A DNA stretch of 64,000 nucleotides from Octopus sinensis (GCF_006345805.1 NW_021833042.1:24268-88267), one strand, 5' to 3'; counted from the first letter of the stretch, positions 1 to 12,788 are shown. Made by a program: numbers and translations. Notes: generated by a model not told the origin, from the sequence alone.

Positions 1-270
1 AATGTGGAATCTAAAAACAGAAACAATTCCTATCATAGTAGGTGCAGTAGGCATGATAAAAAAAATATTCAGATAAATACATAACAAAAACACCAGGACT
101 TACAAACACATATAACATGCAGAAAATTGCACTACTAGGCACTGCACACATCCTACGCAGAACACTTTCCATACAATAACCATCAGAGCATCACAACAAA
201 TCACAGCACATACCCAAGGCACACAGAGCTGCGCTCGGTAGTGAAGTGAAAGCACGCTATAAAACTACTG
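1..270 (+). mobile_element. 3' end of an R4/Dong-like non-LTR retrotransposon
   Basis: Near-identical to about 2915-3182. Encodes ...QKIALLGTAHILRRTLSIQ* plus 3' UTR and runs into (AAT)n at 271. Confidence 0.85.
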
Positions 271-369
271 AATAATAATAATAATAATAATAATAAATAA
301 TAATAATAATAATAATAAAATAATAATAATAATAATAATAACAATAACAATAACAATAATAATAATAAT

Positions 370-859
370 CATGTACATTGTTTTGTCTTGGTATAAAAGA
401 TGGGCTACAGCAAATATTCTGCTCAATACCACAGATTTGCTTGTCAGTTGTTTGACTTTAACCAGTTGAGCATGTTTCTTAGTGGCTGACGATATGTGCA
501 TCTCTGATCACGAGCAGAAGTAGTGGGGGAGCATCATAGCCATGTGTTGAGAGGGATTCTTTGGGGTTTGAATAATTCACCTCTGAAAACATAGGTGGTT
601 CTTTCAACATCCTTAAACAACCCTTATTCAGGGACCTTTTGAGCGGGATGGGCTACTCAACCTGAAGAAAATTCTAACTGGGCCCCACCTGCAAGGTCAT
701 GTGCTGTTTATCTTGATATGAGATCACCATGTCACGCACATATGGTTGTGATGCATGTGCCTGGTGTACCCTTATCAGACGGGTAGTCATGATGGGTATA
801 TTGGGCTTCGTATATTTTACCCCAGTGTCACTTTGATGGCATTAACTGCTCTCTCACTC
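370..859 (+). mobile_element. Non-coding (TAA)n-embedded repeat element, copy 1
   Basis: About 490 bp with no ORF, flanked by (AAT)n. Same sequence at 920-1255 and inverted at about 46100-46620. Confidence 0.75.
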
Positions 860-919
860 AATAATAATAAAAATAATAATAATAATAATGATAATAATAA
901 TAATAATAATAATAATAAT

Positions 920-1255
920 TGGGGGAGCATCATAGCCATGTGTTGAAAGGGATTCTTTGGAGTTTGAATAATTCACCTCTGGAAACATGGGTGTTTCCTT
1001 AAACATCCTAAAGCAACCCTTATTCAGGGACCTTTTGAGCAGGATGGGCTACACGACCTGAAGAAAGTTCTAACTGGGTCCCACCTGCAAGGTCATGTGC
1101 TGTTTATCTTGATATGAGATCACAATGTCGCGCACATATGGTTGTGATGCATGTGCCTGGTGTACTCTTATCAGACGAGTAGTCATGATGGGTATATTGG
1201 GCTTCGTATATTTTACCCCAGTGTCACTTTGATGGCATGAACTGCTCTCTCACTC
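920..1255 (+). mobile_element. 5'-truncated copy 2 of the (TAA)n-embedded element
   Basis: Starts at tgggggagcatcatagcc and shares the 3' end ctctctcactc-(AAT)n with copy 1. Confidence 0.75.
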
Positions 1256-1341
<86 letters not shown>

Positions 1342-1382
1342 TAACAATAACAATAACAATAATAATAATAATAATAATAATA

Positions 1383-1463
<81 letters not shown>
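1256..1463. repeat. (AAT)n microsatellite
   Basis: About 200 bp of AAT/AAC repeats. Confidence 0.95.
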
Positions 1464-3182
1464 GTTCTGCTTGGCATCTGATATGCTAAATAGAACTGGA
1501 TGCGGATATAAATGTTACGGCAAAACGATCAGCCACCTTTTATATATGGATGACCTAAAACTATACGCTGCAAATGACAAACAGCTGGAAACACTATTAA
1601 AGACAGTTCATGGATTTACCAAAGAAATAGATATGAAATTTGGATTAGAAAAATGCGCCAAAGTAACCATGAAAAGAGGAAAACTAGTTAAGAGTAACAA
1701 CATCACACTAGATAAAACCAATGAAATAAAAGAATTAGACCAAAGCCAAACTTACAAATACTTAGGAATCCATGAACTAGATAAGACACAACACACACAA
1801 ATGAAAGAGAAAATAAAAAAAGAATATTATAGACGAGTTATATCAATACTAAAAACAGAGCTCAATGCTAAAAACAAGATAATAGGTATCAACACTTTAG
1901 CTGTCCCAGTTATAAGTTACAGCTACAATATCCTTAACTGGAAACGAAATGAACTGTCCAAAATAGATAGGAAAACAAGAAAAATACTGACAGGATCTAG
2001 GATGCATCACCCAAAATCTGACATAGAAAGACTATATATACAACGTATAGAAGGTGGTAGAGGCCTTATACAGCTGGAAAACTACTATAAAATAACCACC
2101 ATAGGACTGCAAAAATACCTACTTCAGAAGGAAGGAAAACTGATCCAGATAGCAGCAAAACACGAGCAAAACAAAAAACTGTTCTCAGTATTTAAGGAAG
2201 CTGACAAATACAAACAAGAAATCATACCACCTAATAAACACAAAGAAGAAGAAGAAGATGATGAAGAAACAACAAAAGCTATAAAACAAATGAAATCCAA
2301 ACTAAAAATAGAACAGCAACGAGCCATGATAAAACGATGGCAAGAAAAGCCCCTTCATGGTAAATACTGCACTAAACTAAACGCAAAAGAAATAGACAAA
2401 GAAAAATCCCAGCAATGGTTGAGAAGCTCAGGACTCAAAGCAGAAACAGAGGGATTTTTAATTGCAGCACAAGACCAAAGCCTCCCCACCAGAAATTACC
2501 AAAAACATGTAATGAAAAGAAATATTACAAGTAACTGCAGAATATGTGGAGATGGACAAGAAACAATAAATCATATTATCTCTAGCTGCCAGTCCTGGCT
2601 AAGAAGGAATATATTCACAGACATGACAGAGTTGGAACCTACATACATTGGAAGCTATGCCAACATTATGGAATAACAACAGAAAAAAGATGGTATAGGC
2701 ACACACCAGAAAAGGTCACATACTCTGGGATATGCCGATACAAACAGATAGAGAAATTAAGGCCAACAGACCAGATATAGTTGTCAGAGATCATGAAGAA
2801 AAAAAATGCTTTCTAATTGATGTATCAATACCGGCAGATGACAACGTGTCTCTAAAAGAAATGGAGAAACTCTCAAAATACAAAGACCTGGAAATAGAGA
2901 TAACTAGAATGTGGAACCTGAAAACAGAAACAATTCCTATCATAGTAGGTGCAGTAGGCATGATAAAAAAATATTCAGACAAATACATAACAAAAACACC
3001 AGGACTTACAAACACATATAACATACAGAAAATTGCACTACTAGGCACTGCACACATCCTACGCAGAACACTTTCCATACAATAACCATCAGAGCATCAC
3101 AACAAATCACAGCACATACCCAAGGCACACAGAGCTGCGCTCGGTAGTGAAGTGAAAGCACGCTATAAAAATAAAACTACTG
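1464..3182 (+). mobile_element. 5'-truncated R4/Dong-like non-LTR retrotransposon (RT plus restriction-like endonuclease), frameshifted
   Basis: ORF 1471-2676 has YMDDLKLY, KFGLEKC, GGRGL and the zinc knuckle CRICGDGQETINHIISSC. After a frameshift near 2590 it continues RHD. ORF 2732-3085 has RPDIVV..LIDVSIP..EKLSKYKDL. Flanked by (AAT)n on both sides. Confidence 0.9.
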
Positions 3183-3329
3183 AACAATAATAATAATAAT
3201 AGCGGTTATACATATTACAATCATAGATAAAGAAAAGCGACTGATCATGCCCGTTTGAATGAGAATCGTAAAGAGAAAGAAAAATAAAAAACAATACAAT
3301 TCTTAAAATTTGAAATAGGAAGAATTTGG

Positions 3330-3600
3330 AGCATGCAAACAGTAAATGTGCCCAAAATAATTGGTTCACTGGGAAAAGAAATTCAAGTTATAGACAAATG
3401 ACTGAGAACGATTGAAATAGGATGCCCAGTAGTACACCTACAGAAAGTTTGTCTCTTAGGGACAGCAAGGGTTATCAGGAGAGTACAAAGCACCGAAAGG
3501 ACAGATGAAAATTTGTGGATGCCTAAAGTTACAGGTACTAACCCACTATTCACATAATCCCTACCAGGAATAAGACTGAACCTGAGGCAAACCAAAATAA
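3330..3600 (+). mobile_element. Degenerate 3' end of a second RLE-type LINE family
   Basis: Plus frame reads QKVCLLGTARVIRRVQST, the same C-terminal motif as the element upstream. Confidence 0.6.
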
Positions 3601-3666
3601 TAGCAGTAATGGTTGTAAAAGCTGAGGGCCCTTCATGGTAGAATTACCGAGTAACTGAATAAGATC

Positions 3667-4460
3667 TTGACTGGAGAGGAGAGGTTGCCAGAATGGCTAA
3701 ACTTTGGGAAATCGATCTTGTGTTTGAAGGAACCCAGTGAAGGAAATGCAGTTGACAACTTTAGACATTTAAACCTCTTGCCTCCCTCTTATGTGGAAGT
3801 TATGATAGATGTCATTGCTGAAGCAATGTATGAATATCTAGAAGAGATACTACCTGAAAAGCAGAAGCGATGCAGAAGAAGCAGGGGGACTAAGGATCAC
3901 TTGTTGATTGACAAGGCGATCCTTAAAGATTGTAAAAAGAGGCGCACAAGCCTTTCAATGGCCTGGATCGATGACAAGGTGTCACATAGTCGGATATTGG
4001 AATGTTTGGTATTGCAACTAATGTTAGACAGTATTTAATGAGCAGTATGGATAGTTGGAAGATTGAGCTGACATCATGTGCACAATTGAAGAATATTCCA
4101 GAGAGATAGTCTTTTACTTTGCTGTTTGTATTGTGCATGGTTCCCCTTTCATTAGTGTTGAGAAGAGAGAAGGCTGGTTACGAGTGGAGAGGACGTTAGT
4201 TTAAGAAAAATCACCTGATGTTCATGGATGATTTAAAACTCTTTGGGAAATCTTATAAACATACTGATTCCCTTGTACAGAGATTTCATACATTCAGCAC
4301 GGACATGGGGATGGAGTTTGGCAAAAAACACGTGGGGTGCTACTACAGAAGACAGACAGATTTAATTAGATGGAAGGAATTATATTACCAGACAAGCAAG
4401 TTATGGCGGAAATTGACGACAACGGGTATAAGTACTTATGTATCCTGGAAACAGACCAAA
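3667..4460 (+). mobile_element. Degenerate R4-like RT fragment
   Basis: [32 protein letters not shown] and FMDDLKLFGK..GMEFG, broken by frameshifts. Confidence 0.8.
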
Positions 4461-4704
4461 TGAAAGAGAACACCACCGACCTGAGAATATCTAAATTTCT
4501 TAAAATCTTTCAATATCGCAAATATCACGGAAAAATTTTAACGGCATCTAATTTTCAGTATCTGATCTCCTTTCTCTGAAGTGTATCCTTGTTACTCATA
4601 TTTAATACACACAACAAAACGTCTAAGTTGCTGTTTCTGGAGATGTCTGAATGAGACTTGGAACAGCTCTTACAAAATAAATCAACAACAACAACAACGA
4701 AAAC

Positions 4705-4705
<1 letters not shown>

Positions 4706-4784
<79 letters not shown>

Positions 4785-5028
4785 AAGAAGAAGAAGAAGA
4801 AGAAGAACAAGAAGAACAAGAAGGAGGAGGAGGAGGAGGAGAAGAAGAAGAAGAGAAGAAGAAGAAGAAGAAGAAGAAGAAGAAGAAGAAGAAGAAGAAG
4901 AAGAAGAAGAAGAAGAAAAAGAAGAAGAAAGAAGAAGAAGAAGAGAAGAAGAAGAAGAAGAAGAAGAAAAGAAGAAGAAGAAGAAGAAGAAGAAGAAGAA
5001 GAAGAAAGAAGAAGAAGAAGAAGAAGAA
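4706..5028. repeat. Compound (AAT)n-(AAG)n microsatellite
   Basis: Read directly from the sequence. Confidence 0.95.
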
Positions 5029-5849
5029 TATTTATTTATGAACGACAAGAACTGAAAGAAATACAACAAAATTCAAAGAAGTTCAAAAGATGAAAGACAA
5101 AAATTACAATAATGTTTTCATCTAAAGTTTAAAAGTCTTCTTGTGTTGATTAGGGTACACCATGTTTCTGATTAGGTATCTCCACAATTGTATTGTTAAT
5201 ATCTGTAGATTCCAGCACCTTCGGTGAGGAACTCTTGGGTTACAGTAGACAATCGAGGTCGCACGTCATGTTTTATCTAAAACCAATCTTACTTCTTTGT
5301 CCATATGTACCTTAAGCAGTATATTATATCGTTGTTAGCCTTACGAAAGAATATGTATTTCATTTTGTTCAGGATGGTAGCTATTTCCTTCATATTGAGA
5401 TGAGCAGTTTGTCAGCAGGGAGTTTCTTCTTTTCCACAGGTTATGAAACTACACTTTATCTCATTAATTTTATTTATTTATATTGCATTGGGTCTTTCGA
5501 AGAAGTGTGCATAAGTCGTTTGGTCTGCATCAGGTCACCAGACTCTTAAGTACATGGCCATATGCTGCTGTGAAGGAGTGCTTCTCGGTCGCTTCTCTTT
5601 TGTTATTGTAGTTGTTGTTAGAAGTGATTGGTTTTTGTCCACGTCAGGGCCAAAGAGTTTGATCGTGACAGTGAGAATTATGTAAATTTGTTTGTCGAAT
5701 CATGGGTTATAGCTATTGTGGAGTTTTGGACGGCAACCTCCATGCTTTGTAGTCTTGTTTCTGGATTTTTCTTTAATATTTTCTTTTTTGTTTTTGACTG
5801 CTGGTCTTGATTCCGCGATATGAAAGAACAGTGTTGATATCAAGGAAAA

Positions 5850-6340
5850 ACCCAGTCAGACCATAGAGTCAATGTGCCACGCTTTCTCAAACATCTTTGA
5901 GGAGTCACGAGCATTGGCCTTAGTTTCACTAGAAGCGTTAAATGAACGAGAGAAACGTTTCGATATGACAGTGAGAATGTCAGCAGTAGACCTAGATGCA
6001 CGCAAATCTTATGGAAAATCAGCAAGTAGACCGGAAGAGTCAAAGTATCTGATCAAAGCCACCTTAATAATAGATTCAAAGATTTTCTTGATCATAGGGA
6101 AAAGACTTATTGGAATATAAATGTGTAAGTCAGATGATTCCCTACTATTCTTAAACGCTGGAGCAATATATTAATAATTCTAACAAGACGAAATGCAAGT
6201 TATAGTCAGAAGACAAGCTCAGGGCTACTTTGCTGCAAAACAACTTGTGTACCATCATGACCAGTGGCCTTAGATGAATCTACTTTCGCAATTATAGATG
6301 CTACAATTTTAGCTGTTATATGGAAGGTGCAAGAAGGGAA
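5850..6340 (-). mobile_element. CR1/L2-like LINE RT fragment
   Basis: Minus frames give VDSSKATGHDG..SSPEL and PISLFPMIKKIFESII..RSTADILTVI..SKMFEKAWH. Confidence 0.7.
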
Positions 6341-6385
6341 GGCTACAAGCGGTACGTACGTGTGTGTGTGTGTGGGTGTGTGGTG

Positions 6386-6416
<31 letters not shown>

Positions 6417-6573
6417 CTGTGTGCGTGCACGCGCGCGCGTGTGGTGTGTGAAGGTGATGGCTGTATGTGTGTGAGTGTGTGGACTAATGACACTTATTAA
6501 GATAGTTAAAGATACTTAAAAGAGATTATTTTGGGAGAAAGCAAACATTTTGTAAATTGCTCTATGAAATATT

Positions 6574-8784
6574 TCATTCTTCAAATACATTAATTATCCC
6601 AATGATTTTATCTGATAGGGATATATCAAAATGAAATTTAATATTGAATATCGATAATAATTTTGGTATCATAGACGTCATCAATATTAAGGTAATCCGT
6701 GTGAATCCTGATAAATCCAAATCCTTTCGACTTATTATATTGTTGCAAGCAAAGAAAAAAGATACGATTAGAAATAGCTTTACAATGGATTTAGCAATCT
6801 CGTATCTCAAAGGAAAATGATGGTCAATAATTGTTTTAAACAACTTGACATTAATGAATTCCTGTCCATATTTTGACAGAACTAAATTTGGACGAACACT
6901 TTTCGTAAACTTTATAGTTTGAACTAGTATAGTATGATACTTTTCCTGAATAGTTTTCGTAACTGCAAAACCGTAAACAAAAAACATGGCAACAAACCAT
7001 ATATCGCCAACAGTATCAGGTTTAGCAAGCATTACAATAGCTATTGAAAATGAATAGTTGCAAAGAACTTGGAAAGTTGTAAGAAAAATATAAATCGAAT
7101 CTAAATACCATAATACATAAAAGGGCAACGAAGCGAATGTTAAGATAAGATCAATAATCTTGGAAATATGGTTAGGATTCAAATACATTGGTAAAATATA
7201 GACTTTGAAGTAACTTAAGGGTAAAGTTAGAATCAAATAAACGATTGGGATTCCGTAATAAACGAGGCACAGAAGTAATTCGCAGATAGAAAATACAGCA
7301 AATAAAATCGTGATCGTAATAAATAACCAAAGAAATATGAATTGGCTAAAAATATTTCTCTCGTAGAAATAAAGACAAATTTTCTTTATACGTTTAATCC
7401 AAGTATAAATAATTAAATACCACAAATTTGGGTTTAAAGCCGTAGAAATATTAGCTATCATTATCGTATAAAGTAGATCGTAATCTTCAAGTGTAGAAAT
7501 ATTAAAATTTCCATAGTTCTCTATTAATGTGATATTTTGAATGAGAAATGTGCAAGTTGATCTTTGATGTAATGTACTATAAATGATAGTCTCACTTAAA
7601 CGACTGGGAAGAACGAAGAGAATAAAGTTGAGAAATATATAGATAATTATCCAAAAAAATGGACCCCCGAAAAAACCATCTGTATTTTCATAGCTTTCTG
7701 AGGTTCCTAGAATCATGGCACAATAACCCAATGGAATACGATCATGTAAAAGTATTTTCATCGTTTCATATAAAAATAAATAATGCATTAAAAGATCCAG
7801 GAACATTATTGAAAGAGGAAACATAATAAAAATGAATCTTCTTAGTTTTGAAGCAAAGAAAGTGGAATGGTGAAAACAAAATAACCAAGATAGAAAATGA
7901 GAGAAAGTGTAAATATTATGTTTTTCATTGATCCATTCTAATTTGTGTGGCAATGTGTAGTTAATTCTAAATAAGAATTCATCGTTAGCTAATTGTTGCT
8001 GGTTAAGTTCTCGAGAATATGAAGGTAATTTAAGTTTTGATACAAAACTAACAAGCAATGGAAATATGGCCCACAGAACCGCCCCAACAATATTTTCATA
8101 ATTAACAAACATACTATTTTCAATGATGTTTCCAGAACAAATGGATTTCGGTTCATAAGTGCGTTTTTCATTCTTATGTAGTTCACAGCAATAGTTTTTC
8201 AGTATCTCTCGATTTATACCCAATCTTCTGTATGTTATTAACGTATAAGGGCTGTTCTTCTGTATATCATGCGACAAATTTATAAAAAAGCACATGTATC
8301 CAGATTCTCCCATTTGCAATTTATCGATAAATACGATTCTCTTTAATTCCTCGAAAATAAAAAATATTACATCGTGTCTCTGAATATTTTGTTTCCCACA
8401 ATTTATATCGATAACAATACTTGGAGTAGCAACGTAAACATCTAATATATTAAATGAATGAATTGAGAAGTCATAGTGAAAATTTTTATACGCTACTAAA
8501 CCATCTGGTTTATCTGGAATCCATATGAAATGCCTCGCATTTGCATAATAATCCAGTGGTACAGGATTGAGAAGCCCATCCAGTGTTTTATCAGCTATAT
8601 GGACTTCGAAATTGAAAACCAGTTTACCTGATTTTACTAAACGAGTTAAAGTTTGACTGACATTAGGAGAAATTTTAATTTCACAATTATTTCCGAGTCC
8701 TTTCGCATCTATGTTTAGTGATGTAAGTGAGATAATAAGGGTCATTGATAAAAGAAGTGCTGTTACCATATGCATGACAGCCAT
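6574..8784 (-). CDS. Orphan multi-pass membrane protein, paralog 1 (736 aa, single coding exon)
   Basis: Long stop-free ORF with a hydrophobic signal-like N-terminus, an ectodomain of about 200 aa with Cys residues and NxS/T sites, then about 9-10 hydrophobic segments. Colinear paralogs at 35-38 kb and 51-53 kb. Confidence 0.9.
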   Translation of the reverse strand: MAVMHMVTALLLSMTLIISLTSLNIDAKGLGNNCEIKISPNVSQTLTRLVKSGKLVFNFEVHIADKTLDGLLNPVPLDYYANARHFIWIPDKPDGLVAYKNFHYDFSIHSFNILDVYVATPSIVIDINCGKQNIQRHDVIFFIFEELKRIVFIDKLQMGESGYMCFFINLSHDIQKNSPYTLITYRRLGINREILKNYCCELHKNEKRTYEPKSICSGNIIENSMFVNYENIVGAVLWAIFPLLVSFVSKLKLPSYSRELNQQQLANDEFLFRINYTLPHKLEWINEKHNIYTFSHFLSWLFCFHHSTFFASKLRRFIFIMFPLSIMFLDLLMHYLFLYETMKILLHDRIPLGYCAMILGTSESYENTDGFFGGPFFWIIIYIFLNFILFVLPSRLSETIIYSTLHQRSTCTFLIQNITLIENYGNFNISTLEDYDLLYTIMIANISTALNPNLWYLIIYTWIKRIKKICLYFYERNIFSQFIFLWLFITITILFAVFSICELLLCLVYYGIPIVYLILTLPLSYFKVYILPMYLNPNHISKIIDLILTFASLPFYVLWYLDSIYIFLTTFQVLCNYSFSIAIVMLAKPDTVGDIWFVAMFFVYGFAVTKTIQEKYHTILVQTIKFTKSVRPNLVLSKYGQEFINVKLFKTIIDHHFPLRYEIAKSIVKLFLIVSFFFACNNIISRKDLDLSGFTRITLILMTSMIPKLLSIFNIKFHFDISLSDKIIGIINVFEE

Positions 8785-8794
8785 ATTTCGTTAT

Positions 8795-8814
8795 CTGTAA
8801 AAAAAGAAAAAAAT
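8795..8814 (-). promoter_or_regulatory. Putative splice acceptor 10 nt before the ATG of paralog 1
   Basis: Minus strand reads ttttttctttttttacag|ataacgaaatATG. Same spacing and sequence type in paralog 2. Confidence 0.75.
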
Positions 8815-8970
8815 TATCTGAGCACACATATATTGATGAAGGGTTAATTTCATCTTTCTTATTTCGTAATTATTTGAAATGAAGAATATTGATTTAAAAC
8901 TGAAAAGAAATGTCTTTTATTTTATTTAGTTTTGTTTTTCGATCTCTAAGAAAGTTTAGACGAATGTCTT

Positions 8971-9351
8971 GTGAAAGCTGTACAAGGCATGTACATGTGT
9001 GTTCTTACTAAGTTAAGAGTTAGTCTTGAATACAGTGACGAATTTAGGGTACAGGCAGGTGTGCAGCAAGGTTCGCTCCTCAGCTCCCTCCTATTCATCA
9101 TCGTCCTCCAGGCCATAACAGAGCAATTTATTACTGGAAGCCTATGGAAACTACTATATGCTGATTATCTTGTAATCATAGCAGAATGTGTAAGAGACCT
9201 AGAGAAGAAATTCCAGGTGTGCAATCAAAACCTGGAGTCAAAGGGTCTTAACGTTAATTTAGCAAAGATCAAAGTCCTAATGAGCAAGAAATCGGAGGGA
9301 AACCAGACACTTCCTGTAACTGACCCTCCTCAATATGTAGAAAAGGTGTAG
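8971..9351 (+). mobile_element. RTE-like LINE RT fragment
   Basis: GVQQGSLLSSLLFIIVL..LLYADYLVII..GLNVNLAKIKVL. Confidence 0.8.
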
Positions 9352-9819
9352 GCACTTCAGCAGCAGATCAAGGAATGAAGTCTATCAGTCAGCCTGATGC
9401 CCTCTTTGATACCCTTCCAGCAACTTTAAGACATGTCACACTCTCCACTCTTTAAGATATTTTACCTAGAAGGCTACTACAGTATGAAATCTACAGTTTG
9501 CTCTTGATTGCAGCCGTCTTAATCCGATAAGCCATTATGATAAAACCTCTGTTCTAAAGAGTGGGATCGGATAGTGCCCACCGACTCACACTTTAAAACT
9601 AGTAAGAGCAGACAGGAAGAAAAGAGTGTTAAGCTCCGTTTATATAACCACTTAATGGTGTGTCGCTTTTCCATTTGGTATTCGGATACGAAGAATCTAC
9701 TATAATTGTATGCTCTCTTTCATCTCTTTTACTTGTTTCAGTTATGAGACTGCGGCCATGCTGGGGCACCGCCTTAAAGGGGATTTTTATCGAATTAAAC
9801 GACCCCAGAACTTGTGTAT

Positions 9820-9859
<40 letters not shown>

Positions 9860-9861
9860 AA

Positions 9862-9900
<39 letters not shown>

Positions 9901-9919
9901 AACTTGGTATTTATTCTAT

Positions 9920-10200
9920 CGGTGTCTTTGTTGAACAGCTATGTTACGGAGATGTAAACACACCAACACCGGTTGTCAAGCAGTGGTTGTGGGCAAACAC
10001 AGACGCAAAGAAACGCACACACACATATATATATATAGATATGCATGCGAGAGGCTTATTTCAGTTTCCGTCTTTCAAGTTTAAGCTTCCTGAGGCTAGA
10101 GTAGAAAATGCTGGCCCAAGGTACCATGCTGTGAGAATGAACCCGGAACCATGTGGTCAGGAAGCAAACACATTGCCACACAGTACACTGCGCCTATATT
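9920..10200 (-). mobile_element. Degenerate tRNA-derived SINE (family A)
   Basis: Matches the family A head and core seen at 23522-23927. Confidence 0.6.
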
Positions 10201-10689
10201 GAGAGAGAAAATAAAATAGAGGTTGAGAGATAGAGAGAGTGGGGTAGACATAGAGAGACAGAGAAAAGATCGACGTACTGCTAAAGAGAAAGGGATTGGG
10301 AGAAAGCTTCAGAGACATAAATACAGAGATAGATAGGGAAATAGAGACAGGGGAAGGAGGGAAGGCGGAAACATTTACATACATGACTAAGATACATTTA
10401 ACAAGCAGCAACGTGTTCATAAATAGGGCAGAATTCTCGCTTAAACAGCCCAAATAAGCCCTCATAACTTTTTTTTATTTATGGCAATTTTCAGAAAAAG
10501 GTTTGTTAATTTTTGTCCTAAACATGGGAATTCATAACATCCGTATTAATATTAAAATTGTCGATCATTTTTCTCTTTTAATCTATTTGAAATACGGGCG
10601 GTCTGAATTTTTACCTAAATTCCAGCAGCAGACCGCCCTTCGGTTTATCATAATTCCATTAAATGGGTTCATGGAGAGAAAAATATATA

Positions 10690-10910
10690 TTTTTTATTGC
10701 CCACAGGGGGATAAACATAGAGGGGAGACAAACAAGGATAGACAAAGGGATTAGGTCGATTACATCAACCCCAGTGCGTAACTGCTACTTATACAATCGA
10801 CCCAGAAAGGATGAAAGGCAAAGTCGACCTGGGCGGAATTTGAACTCAGAACGTAACGGCAGACGAAATATCGCTAGGCAGTTCGCCCGGCGTGCTAACG
10901 ATTCTGCCAG
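10690..10910 (-). mobile_element. tRNA-derived SINE (family B)
   Basis: Minus strand: TGGCAGAATCG (A box), GAGTTCAAATTCC (B box), then gcctttcatccttt..ggtcgat. Relatives at 39455 and 53465. Confidence 0.7.
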
Positions 10911-11979
10911 GGGAGAAAAATATTGAAAAATATTGAAAAACACTAATACATGTCTGAATGATAAAGAAACGATGACGGTATCGTGTGTTCGTGGGATGTG
11001 CTATAAATTACATTTAGGTACACACACACACATATCCTGCATTTTATTGATAAGTAGATTGATAAATAAGTGATTCAAAATAAATATATTTTAATTGTTG
11101 TGTGAGAAAGTATATATAATCTGATTATAAAATATAGTGTCTTTCAAAAACATCCTAAATTTGAAGACTATATCTCGTGTTTAAGAAAAAAACATTTTAG
11201 GTATACACGTGTATGTATGTGTATATGTATGTATTTATGTATGTATGTATCGTGTACTACGTATATCCGTTTCATTTATAGCCAATGAATCACTCCGCCT
11301 CAAAGATTGTCATGATATTACAAATCATCACTCTTCGCATGAAATTACTTTAATCAGGAAAGCATAGACAAAATTTGTTCTGATTTCTGAGAATTAATAT
11401 TGATGCTTCTAAATCTCCCTTAAATCACACACATGAAGTATTATTATTTCAAAAGCGTATGAATTTCCGTACTTAGAACACAAATTCGCGAAAATTTCCT
11501 GAAAATTCCAAAGAATGAAAATGCTACAAGGGGTTATATGGGTTTCATTAACCAGAATTCCGCCATTTTGAAGGAATATCTGTAGATTCAATGGACCCTT
11601 ATTCCTCCGTTTGCTCAGACAGAAAAGGGATCCTTTCATAGGGATCCCAAGTCGTGTGGGACAAAGAAAAGATAGAATCATGGTGTATCCTCAGACGGAT
11701 ATCCGATCTCAATGTGAACTCCAGTCAAGGTACCTACCTGCTAAAAACAACAGCCAAATATCCCTCAGATCACTCCTCATATTGTTAGAAGACATTACAT
11801 TGGATAAATGCATTCAGGTGGATGGACATTACTCGTAAATAAACAGGGTAACGGTCATAGATGGGATGCTTTTTTATCATAGATCAACCCCTTCAAGACT
11901 GACTAGCTTATAAACAACAATACCAACGAAGACGTCTGCAACAACAACAACAACAACAAAAATGACAAGTAATAATAAT

Positions 11980-11992
11980 CTTGTTACCTGTT
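11980..11992 (-). promoter_or_regulatory. Putative splice donor of non-coding exon 1, paralog 1
   Basis: CAG|GTAACA with GT at 11987-11986. Positionally homologous to donors at 40697 and 55748. Confidence 0.55.
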
Positions 11993-12370
11993 CTGGGCGT
12001 GTTACCGTGAGATATATATGTATATTCGACAAATGTTGGTAAATAGATCTTGAATTAATTTCTTAGGAGCATCAATATTAATTCTCAGAAATCAGAACAA
12101 ATTTTGTCTATGCTTTCCGAATTGAACTAAATCCATGCGAAAAGTGATTTGTAATATCTTGACAACTTTTTAGGTGGAGAGATTCATTGGCTATAAATGA
12201 AACGGCTGTACGTAAGTACACGATACATACATACATACACACACGTGCATACCTATGCACATAGATACATACGCACGTAGCCTAAATACTTACAGTGCTA
12301 TGTCATCTGTATGTTTGTATATCCATAAGCAGGTAACTACGACAACATAACGTTGCAGGTAGTTACGTTA

Positions 12371-12406
<36 letters not shown>

Positions 12407-12500
12407 TCATCATATCATATCTTATCATATACCCAGGCCTATTCCCCATTTTTGAGGAGGAGGTCGCCATAGCAAGACACAAACCAGGCATATATATATA

Positions 12501-12750
12501 TCTGTATATCTATAAAAGGCAGGAAGTGTGTGTGTGTACGTGAATGTAATTTATGCATATCCACAAATTAGCACGCATGTCGCTCCAATTTTTGGAGGTC
12601 ATTCGTCACGAACCTAGCTGGGTTTTGCCGACTTATTTTTCCCGAGGCATCTGCGGATAGCGGGAAAAATCTATTTTCAACTATAACTTTTACCAATCCT
12701 TAAGTTTGCTAACATGAGTTAAGTCCCCTTCTTGCCATAGCGAAGTGACT

Positions 12751-12788
<38 letters not shown>

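Noticed and set aside
4581-5093. 170-aa ORF with poly-N/K/R/E, and many [12 protein letters not shown] and poly-I ORFs across the window
   Set aside because: They are translations of (AAT)n, (AAG)n, (TA)n, (CA)n and (TACA)n microsatellites with no other coding signal.
6574-8784. Assignment to cephalopod chemotactile (Cys-loop) receptors, GPCRs or gustatory-receptor-like proteins
   Set aside because: No 13-residue Cys-loop with 4-TM layout, no DRY/NPxxY, and no TY..QF C-terminal motif. The helix count does not fit, so it is left unassigned.
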